A stretch of DNA of 64,000 nucleotides. Source: Promethearchaeota archaeon Loki_b31. Its GTDB lineage: Archaea > Asgardarchaeota > Lokiarchaeia > Sigyniarchaeales > SOKP01. Positions 56,772-64,000 of the stretch are shown here, piece after piece. The DNA lies in NCBI GenBank assembly GCA_005222975.1, contig NJBI01000006.1, positions 38,698 through 102,697 on the forward strand, written 5' to 3'. The position numbers were made by a program, and so were the translations under genes. Under the pieces are notes generated by a model. It saw nothing but the letters and a program-made list of their open reading frames with translations, was not told the origin of the DNA and ran no database searches. How positions within the stretch are numbered: the first letter of the stretch is position 1; every line of letters begins with the position of its first letter.

Positions 56772-57629
56772 GTGAAAAAAATGTTTAAAAAAATTAAAGA
56801 TAAAAAATTCAAAGACTACGATCCCGAGATCATTGCGTGGCAGAGAGAAACGAAGGAAAGATTAGAAACACCTTTAATGTATTTATTTCCTCAACTAGGA
56901 GATAATATTAAAGAAAAGAAATTTTTTGCGGTAAAAGATTATGAAAAAACACTTTTTTACAATAAAGGAGAGTTGATTGGCGTTCTTGGAGGAGGAGTTT
57001 ATGAACTTGAAAAGAAAGCACGAATTAAAGGAACAGAAATTGTTTGGATTGATACATCCTTTAATGAAATTCCATGGGGTATTCCACAATCGGAGGGTAT
57101 TCCTACTAAAGATGGATATATAGTTGGATTATATGGGGATTTAAAACTAAAAATTAGCGATGTAAAGGTGTTCTATAATGATGTCGTAGCAGGGACGAAA
57201 ATATGGACTATTCAAAACCTTAAAGAGTGGATTGTTAGTCTTATGCATACATCTTTACGAGATATATTTAAAACTTATAATGCAAAAAGTATAATTTTAG
57301 AAGACCGCGAGCGTGTAATTAATTTAACTACTGCTAAAGTTACAGACGAATTTTTAAGATATGGCTTAGAACTTGAAACTTTTAATGTTATTGGTATTAG
57401 GGCTCCCGATGATGCTGAAAAACTTTTTAAGGAAGATAAAGAGAGAATTGAATATTTTACTAAACAAAAAAAGAATCTCCAGAAACGCATTGAGGAATTA
57501 AAGAATAGATTGAAAGAACAGCAAGATCTTTTATTGAAAGATAAAATAACTCAACAAGATTACAATAAGAAGAAAAAACAAATTCAAATGTTTATTGATG
57601 AAGTTCAAGATGAATTAAAAAAGGATTAG
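56772..57629 (+). CDS. SPFH/Band-7 domain protein (YdjI-like) with a coiled coil and a SHOCT-like tail
   Basis: LFYNKGEL...GVYEL, EIPWG, TKDG, LRDIF, YGLELETFNVIGI; KITQQDYNKKKKQI. Confidence 0.78.
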   Translation: MKKMFKKIKDKKFKDYDPEIIAWQRETKERLETPLMYLFPQLGDNIKEKKFFAVKDYEKTLFYNKGELIGVLGGGVYELEKKARIKGTEIVWIDTSFNEIPWGIPQSEGIPTKDGYIVGLYGDLKLKISDVKVFYNDVVAGTKIWTIQNLKEWIVSLMHTSLRDIFKTYNAKSIILEDRERVINLTTAKVTDEFLRYGLELETFNVIGIRAPDDAEKLFKEDKERIEYFTKQKKNLQKRIEELKNRLKEQQDLLLKDKITQQDYNKKKKQIQMFIDEVQDELKKD

Positions 57630-57643
57630 TCAAAAAATGTACA

Positions 57644-59406
57644 ATGAAATACTATAAAATTGTTATCCAATTTAACTCCCAATCGAAATCAGGAAAAATT
57701 TCTGAAGCAATTAAACTTGCTAAAAGCCTTAAAGCCAAATTTGATGGAAAGTATTATAAGTACTTTTTAATTCTATCAATGATAAAAATCTTCTATTATT
57801 AAGCAATTTAATAGGATTTCTGAGTGGTTCTCGGATTTTTATTGATGATGAAGATTGTGGGCGACCCTATAGATTGGGTGAAAGACTAGATTTTAAAAAT
57901 AATTGTCCAGATTATGAAGATTTTTGTAATGGAAATTGTTCTATTACCATGTTTGGAACTGAGGATGATCTTAAAATTGCGAGGAGGATTTGTAAAAAGT
58001 TTAAAGAACCTAAAATACAAAACACAATAACAAATGAAAAAAAAAAAAAAGAGAAAATTGTTTTCCAATTTAACTCCAAATCTAGAGGGGGGGATGTTCC
58101 TGAGGCAATAAAAATTGCTAAAAGTCTTGAAGCCGAATTTGATGGGAAAAATTATATGGTCTATTTCGATTCTGTAAGCAATGAAAATCTGTTATTATTA
58201 GATAATCTAGTGGGGAGCCTAAGTGGCACTCGATTTTTCCTTAATGATGAAGAGTTAGATCCATCAGATATCAGATTAATATTTAACTGTAATGAGAAAT
58301 CAAGATGTAAAGGAAAATGTGTATATACTTATATTAAAGAGTTATTTGACAGAGCAAAGAAGTTTTGCGAAAAATTTGATGAATCTCTTAGTATTGAAAA
58401 ACCATTATTAAGATATAATGGATGTGAAATTAAATGGATAAAAAATGAAGATGATCCAATATTCCCTAAAAATCCAGATAATAAATATGTATTGATTGAT
58501 AGTCCTAGAAATTTACCGGGGGATATTATTGGAGTAGAGATGGAAATGGAAGGTTTATTTTTCGGCCATATGAAATATGATATGATGGAAGAGGAAGTTA
58601 CCATAGCTGAGGAGGAAGGTTATGTATTAGATATGTCTGGATTAGGTATCACAGATATTGCAAAGATTGAAGGATTAGAGAAACTTACTGAATTAAAAGG
58701 TTTGAATCTTGGTGGAAATGCAATTTTTGAAATTAAAGGAATTGATAAACTTATCAATTTGGAATATTTAAGTTTTGGAGGCAATAATATTTCGGAAATT
58801 AAAGGACTCGAAAATCTTGTTAATTTAAAAGGCTTAATTTTACGGGGAAATCAAATCAATGAAATTAAAGGGTTGGAAAATCTTATTAATTTATTTTATT
58901 TGGATATATCTGAGAATCCAATTTCTGAAATTAAAGGGTTAGAAAATCTTATTAACTTAAAATATCTCCATCTTAATGAAATTAATATCACGGAAGAATT
59001 ATTAGTACAAATTGCTCAAGAAAAACCGTTGTCTGCCATATCACCAAGCTGGTTAAAAACTAGATATAATTATTATAATATTCCTGATTATGCTCAGAAG
59101 TGTGTTAAATATTGTCAGAGGAAGAAAGCTAAGATGGATCGAGAAGATAAAGAAAAAGTCAAAATAATTGAGAAAATATTGATTGAAGCGGATTCCATTC
59201 AACTTGACACCTTAAGAAACGCTCTAAAAATGGATGTTCATAATTTTAATAATAAAATTCTAGATTGGTCAATTGATTATGGATTTGAAATTGATGGGGA
59301 TTATTTAATTACTAATAAAAATACCGTCTCTGCCTTTATTGATGAATTAGATAAATATTTTACTACGTGGGATAAAATTGAACTTAAAAAAAATAATAAA
59401 ATTTAG
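57644..59406 (+). pseudogene. LRR protein with a duplicated Cys-containing N-terminal domain, WH and conserved C-terminal motif; one frameshift near 57758-57760 (downstream ORF 57874..59406 intact)
   Basis: The ATG 57644 frame matches the internal repeat at ~58053 up to FDGKYY, then continues in the 57874 frame; EIKGLENLxNL LRRs; ends FIDELDKYFTTWDK. Confidence 0.75.
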
Positions 59407-59414
59407 CCTTAAAA

Positions 59415-60608
59415 ATGGTCTTAGAGGAGATTGAACTAATTAACCACTCACCACCATATGGTGGTTGGTATTTTATGAGGTTTAGAAGAAATTTTTGGCA
59501 ACTCAATACAACTAATTTCGTATTTATTTTACATGATAATTTTAAGCATTGGATCAATAAAGAAGTAATTCGGTTACCCCCCAACCACTTCCCTGCTCAC
59601 TTATCCAAGAAATGTATTCCTCTATATTTACCCTATAATTTGTTATGTTTGCATTACAATAGGAAAAATAATAAATTCCGATTATATGTAAAGGAGAAGA
59701 TCACTATTAAAGCGCTTAATGATTTATGTAATTATTTCAATTGTACAATCCCTTCTATAAAAACCCATGGAATATATTTAAATGAATTTGATGATCCTGA
59801 TAAAACAGAATTTAAAAGAACTAAATTAGGTGAGATATATATTGAGGAACCTAAATGTGGAGAAAATTGTGTTCTCTATAAAGGGAAAGAATATTTAATC
59901 AAGATAAATAATGGTTATGGAATATTAGATTTGAAAAATTTGGGAATTAAAGATCTTTCAGAAGTTAAAGGGCTTGAGAATCTTAAAAATTTAAGTAGAT
60001 TAGACTTGAGTAGCAATAAATTGATTGTAATCAAAATTTTAGAAAACCTCAAGAATTTATATTATTTAAATTTAAATAATAATAAAATTACCGAAATTAA
60101 AGGATTAGATTCCCTTAGAAAGTTAGGATATTTATATCTTAATCATAATAAAATTACTGAAATAAAAGGACTCGAGAGTTTTCATATTAGAGAATCTCAT
60201 AGTACAGCATATGATATGGTAATAAACTTAGGAAATAACCCGATACCAGTATCCATATTATATGAATTAGGAGGATTAGATAAAGCTGGAAATGCTAACA
60301 ATCCAAAAAAAATAGCAGACTATTGTATCAAGAATAAAATTGAAAAAGAAAAGCTTAATAGATCGATCAAAGAAAAATTGAAAAAGATCTTAAAAGTATC
60401 AAGTCGTTTCCGGCTTGATATGTTAATGGATATACTTGATATGGACAAAAAATTTCTTCTTAAAGAAATTAAGAATCTGGTTTCTGATTTTGGTCTCGAA
60501 ATAAATGAAAATTATTTGATCATTAAAAATAATACGATCTCGGATTTTATTGACGCTCTATTTTTGCAATTTAATGAATGGGAAAAAGATAGATATAAAA
60601 AATCATAA
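59415..60608 (+). CDS. LRR protein + WH + conserved C-terminal motif
   Basis: EVKGLENLKNLSRLDLSSN-type LRRs; ends FIDALFLQFNEWEKDRYKKS. Confidence 0.85.
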   Translation: MVLEEIELINHSPPYGGWYFMRFRRNFWQLNTTNFVFILHDNFKHWINKEVIRLPPNHFPAHLSKKCIPLYLPYNLLCLHYNRKNNKFRLYVKEKITIKALNDLCNYFNCTIPSIKTHGIYLNEFDDPDKTEFKRTKLGEIYIEEPKCGENCVLYKGKEYLIKINNGYGILDLKNLGIKDLSEVKGLENLKNLSRLDLSSNKLIVIKILENLKNLYYLNLNNNKITEIKGLDSLRKLGYLYLNHNKITEIKGLESFHIRESHSTAYDMVINLGNNPIPVSILYELGGLDKAGNANNPKKIADYCIKNKIEKEKLNRSIKEKLKKILKVSSRFRLDMLMDILDMDKKFLLKEIKNLVSDFGLEINENYLIIKNNTISDFIDALFLQFNEWEKDRYKKS

Positions 60609-60735
60609 AAATCTTACTAAATAATTTTGGATTAAATTGTTAATATGTGAGAAAAAAAGCTGATAATGAAAATGTACAATAATGAAACTAAATAAATTAA
60701 TTATATTAATTCAATAAAAATGTCATAGAATTATC

Positions 60736-61275
60736 ATGAATAGTGTAGACACAGAAAGAATTGATCGAGTAATTAAATTATTAAAAGAAAATTTAGATTT
60801 TATCAATAAACTAGAAGATATGATTGAAAATGGCGCTACAGGTTATGAACTAAATTTTGAAATTGAACAGTTTAAAAAATATATTAAGAAAAAAGAAAGA
60901 GAATTTGAAGATTCACTTTGCAAACAATATGAAATTGAATTTAAGGATTCAAACGAGATATATGAAAAGGTTGATGAACTACTACATTATCTTTATATCT
61001 CTTATCCCCGTAGTAGTCATTTAATTCTTATTGGAGTTAAAAAAATTAGAGATTCAAAGGAGATAATAGAATATAAGGTAATTAATAAAAATTTAACCAA
61101 GGAAAAGGGATTATTGATTAATAGAATTGGATATTTAGAATTTTTAAAACAAAAACCAAAACCTAAAGAGATTAAAGCGAAAATGGATTACGAAAAAGAT
61201 TTAGATGATTTTATTGGCTTTTTAGACGAGAAATTCAAAGAATGGGAGCAAAGTAGAAGTGAGAAAAACGATTAA
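60736..61275 (+). CDS. Hypothetical protein carrying the conserved C-terminal motif
   Basis: Ends LDDFIGFLDEKFKEWEQSRSEKND. Confidence 0.75.
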   Translation: MNSVDTERIDRVIKLLKENLDFINKLEDMIENGATGYELNFEIEQFKKYIKKKEREFEDSLCKQYEIEFKDSNEIYEKVDELLHYLYISYPRSSHLILIGVKKIRDSKEIIEYKVINKNLTKEKGLLINRIGYLEFLKQKPKPKEIKAKMDYEKDLDDFIGFLDEKFKEWEQSRSEKND

Positions 61276-61296
61276 AACCTAATATTAAAAAAGATT

Positions 61297-61413
61297 ATGC
61301 ATAGATTAATGTCGCAATTCCGAGAGAATTGCATTATACAAGGAAAAAGAGGGGATTTATTAAAGTTTAAAGTAGGAGATACTATTTTTTTATTTTTGTT
61401 TAAGCAAAAATAA
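61297..61413 (+). repeat. Dispersed repeat copy 1 encoding a QFRENCIIQGK...FKVGD micro-ORF
   Basis: Translates as MHRLMSQFRENCIIQGKRGDLLKFKVGDTIFLFLFKQK*; similar to 62982..63080. Confidence 0.6.
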
Positions 61414-61552
61414 TCGATAATAATGAGTGAGGTGATATTTTTTTAATATAAAAAAAGGAAAATTCGATAATGCACAATGGCTAAGAGAAGAATTTATAAA
61501 TAAGGAGAAATCAGTTTATCAGATAGCAAAAGAATGTAAAGTACCTACTCAG

Positions 61553-62911
61553 GTGATATACAAAAGATTAAATGATTTTGGGATAAAATTAGAAAATCCT
61601 TGGACGGAAATTAGAAGAATGGGTGCCCAAAGTGCTAGAAAAGAAAGAGAAAAATTGAAAAAAAAATATAGCACAAAGAAATTATTCGAAATGGCGCTAT
61701 CTTATACATTAGAGAACAAATTGTACGAAGCACGAGAATTCTTTGAATTAACGACTGAAAAAGATCCTAATTATTTTCTTGCTTGGGTTAATATGGGTAT
61801 AATTTACACATACCACAATTTACTTGGGAAGACTGAAGGTAGGAGTACAGCATGGTATAAAAGACATTATGATGAAGGTATTGAATGCTTTAAAAAAGCA
61901 CTTGAACTAAGACCGTATGATATCACCTGTTTGATCGGTTTAGGAGACGCTTACAGAGGAAAGAAAGAATTTGCTAAATCAATTGAATGTTTTCGAGAAA
62001 TCATAAAAAGAACACCTAAAAATTTTAAAGATTTGAGTGGGATTGGATTTACATTTTTAAATGCAAATAGTATCAAATATCGATTGGAGGAAAAAGCTAT
62101 CGATGAATTTGTCCCTATTAATAAAGATTATCAATTATTGAGACAATCAGGCTCTTATCTTGAAAAAGAAAACAAAATAAAATACGATATCGCATTGAGA
62201 AGTATGTCGAAAGTTTTAAAATATCAAAAAATGCAAGAGCTACCAAATAAATATATAATTAGTCGAGAAATTTATAGTAATAAAAGAGAATCTATATCAA
62301 AAATAATTAGAACCATCGAATATGAAAAGGAGAAAGCAGAATGGAAAGAAACTAAAGAGTATAGAGATCTGGAAGATAAAAAAATAATAGAATTCATAAA
62401 ACCTTACAAAGAAATTGCTATTTGCACGATTACAGAACATTTTCTATCAAAAGGCAAGTACGCCGACCCAAAAAAATATTATCAAACTGCCAAAGACACA
62501 ATAAAAGAAAAATTAAATAGTCTGATTGAAAAAAAAATTATTCAAGGTTCTATTCAGTCTTTACCCAATAAAATCGGTCTATATTATATTAATGAAGAAA
62601 AAATTGAAGAGATTAAAATTAAAATTGTCTATCAAACATTGATAGAATTTTCGGGAAAATTTCCGAGAATATTTTTACAGGAAATAGTTGAAAAAGTTAA
62701 TCATAAAATTGAAAAGCAATTTAACAACTCTGCTAAAATGTCACAATTAAAAGTAAAGGAAATAGTTATAAGTTTAATAAATAAAAGATTAATATTCGCA
62801 AATTATGATGATTCCTCAAATGGTATTGAATTTCTGGTTATGGAGAGAAAAATCGACGAATTATTTACAAAATTCGATGAGTGGAGTGAAGAAGACAAAA
62901 AAAAGGTTTAA
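61553..62911 (+). CDS. TPR protein + tandem WH/PCI-like domains + conserved C-terminal motif
   Basis: DPNYFLAWVNMG, GIECFKKALELRP, LGDAY; ends RKIDELFTKFDEWSEEDKKKV. Confidence 0.85.
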   Translation: MIYKRLNDFGIKLENPWTEIRRMGAQSARKEREKLKKKYSTKKLFEMALSYTLENKLYEAREFFELTTEKDPNYFLAWVNMGIIYTYHNLLGKTEGRSTAWYKRHYDEGIECFKKALELRPYDITCLIGLGDAYRGKKEFAKSIECFREIIKRTPKNFKDLSGIGFTFLNANSIKYRLEEKAIDEFVPINKDYQLLRQSGSYLEKENKIKYDIALRSMSKVLKYQKMQELPNKYIISREIYSNKRESISKIIRTIEYEKEKAEWKETKEYRDLEDKKIIEFIKPYKEIAICTITEHFLSKGKYADPKKYYQTAKDTIKEKLNSLIEKKIIQGSIQSLPNKIGLYYINEEKIEEIKIKIVYQTLIEFSGKFPRIFLQEIVEKVNHKIEKQFNNSAKMSQLKVKEIVISLINKRLIFANYDDSSNGIEFLVMERKIDELFTKFDEWSEEDKKKV

Positions 62912-62981
62912 TCTTCTTTTAAAAAAAATTTAATAAAAGAATATGAAAAAAGTAAAAAATTAGAGGAGGAAAATAAGAAGA

Positions 62982-63080
62982 TTGAATACTTACAAATTAA
63001 TACCACAATTTCGAGAAAATTGCATTATTCAAGGCAAAAAAGAATGGTTATCAGAATTTAAAGTTGGAGACAATTTTTAA
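62982..63080 (+). repeat. Dispersed repeat copy 2 encoding a QFRENCIIQGK...FKVGD micro-ORF
   Basis: TTG start after AGGAGG; translates as MNTYKLIPQFRENCIIQGKKEWLSEFKVGDNF*. Confidence 0.6.
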
Positions 63081-63105
63081 TGAATAAATAGGAGATTCAA
63101 ATAGA

Positions 63106-63921
63106 ATGGAAGAAAAAAAAATCAATTTAGACGATTTATTAAAAGAAATTAAAGTTGGTAATAGCTTCATTTTTAAAATTGAAGAAATCAAATTAAATCT
63201 TGAGAATGAATTAAATAAAAAAGAAAGAAAGTTAGAAAAGGTAAAAGAAAGAAAAAGAGCAGGGAAAAAAACTGGTAGACTTATATATGCCCTTATATGG
63301 GGGGGGATATCGGTTGGGGTTGGTATTACTGTTTTTAATATTTTTTTTGGTATTTTAATTATGACATTGTCAATTTTACCTGGAATGTTATACCTTTATT
63401 TTATTTATATTACACCAATAAAGCTACATAGAGAGGTGTACGAATTAAATAGAAGTATAGATAAAGAAAATTTAAATAAAAAATTAATCACTGACGATGA
63501 AGATTTTCGTGTGATTCTACAAAAAAGAAGAACAGAGCTTAAAAATCTTGCGATTAAATTAAATGAAAAGGAAAAAAGCAGGAAAAATTGGTTATTAGTG
63601 ATAGAAAAAAATAAAGACGAAATATTTTGGAATATTTTGCGGAGAAGGTCGATACGGAGGTTAGATATCAAACTGACCAAATTAAAATCTGAAATTCGGG
63701 AAATAGAAAGAATTATACTCCATTATTTAATAAATGGTGGTGAGAGAAATTTAGCCATAAAAAATTTTTTAGTTGCTCATCAAATATTTGAGGAAGCGTT
63801 AAAAATAGCCGATAAACCTGAAGATGTTAACATGCTTAAAACAAAACTTAATCTTGCTGAAAATGAGATAAATAAAAAAAAACTAAATTTTTCGCCAACT
63901 TTATCGACAAAAAGAATTTAA
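63106..63921 (+). CDS. Coiled-coil protein with two TM helices
   Basis: Hydrophobic hairpin at about aa 59-103, flanked by K/E-rich helices. Confidence 0.7.
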   Translation: MEEKKINLDDLLKEIKVGNSFIFKIEEIKLNLENELNKKERKLEKVKERKRAGKKTGRLIYALIWGGISVGVGITVFNIFFGILIMTLSILPGMLYLYFIYITPIKLHREVYELNRSIDKENLNKKLITDDEDFRVILQKRRTELKNLAIKLNEKEKSRKNWLLVIEKNKDEIFWNILRRRSIRRLDIKLTKLKSEIREIERIILHYLINGGERNLAIKNFLVAHQIFEEALKIADKPEDVNMLKTKLNLAENEINKKKLNFSPTLSTKRI

Positions 63922-64000
63922 AATTGGATGACCGCTAAGTTTATATCTGTGAAAAACAATAATTTATGTAAGCATGCCAACATCTGTATCAAAATACTTG

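Noticed and set aside
57580-57629. SPFH C-terminus MFIDEVQDELKKD as a sixth copy of the shared tag
   Set aside because: It lacks the conserved Leu, aromatic and Trp positions.
57634-60690. Shared AAAATGTACAAT 12-mer at ~57634 and ~60669
   Set aside because: Only two short AT-rich copies; chance cannot be excluded.
1584-63680. Short antisense or overlapping ORFs in the track (e.g. 25834..26247, 27085..27636, 16652..16999)
   Set aside because: They shadow well-supported genes and have no recognisable motifs.
63106-63921. Last ORF as a tagged array member
   Set aside because: It has no I[DG]xLxxx[FY]xxW motif at its C-terminus.
1-64000. tRNA, rRNA or CRISPR arrays
   Set aside because: No cloverleaf, rRNA-like stretch or regularly spaced direct repeats were seen; GGTTCGAA near 43600 is only the rps24e leader.
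1-64000. Selenoproteins or stop-codon recoding
   Set aside because: The TGA-ending ORFs look complete, and no known selenoprotein family or convincing SECIS was seen.
63928-64000. Open frame running off the window end
   Set aside because: Only 24 codons, with no motif to support it.

Overview
AT-rich archaeal DNA, very probably from an Asgard archaeon (Lokiarchaeia-like). Evidence: three Rab-like GTPases, a Rag/Arf-like GTPase, two Roadblock/LC7 proteins, a gelsolin-like protein and an ESCRT-II (EAP30/Vps22/36)-like protein, alongside core archaeal genes (3' end of EF-2, TFB, Rpo7, Spt4, Rpo10, eS24, eS31, eS28, eL8/L7Ae, eL24, eS6, Kae1, Bud32, Taw1). Metabolic genes include acs, a CoA-transferase-GNAT fusion, fae-hps, a GH3 glucosidase, peptidases and a heterodimeric ABC exporter. 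There is also a VapBC module, one complete IS5/IS1182-like element with a frameshifted transposase, and a free-standing LAGLIDADG gene. The most striking region is 53.8-62.9 kb. Five co-oriented proteins with mostly different recognition domains (WD40, LRR, LRR, unknown, TPR) all end in the same C-terminal helix motif, I[DG]xLxxx[FY]xxW...K. Most have a PCI-like winged helix before this motif. They flank an ESCRT-II-like + SPFH operon that has a perfect 18-bp palindromic operator. All family assignments come from motif recognition by eye; no database searches were run. No tRNA, rRNA or CRISPR array was seen.
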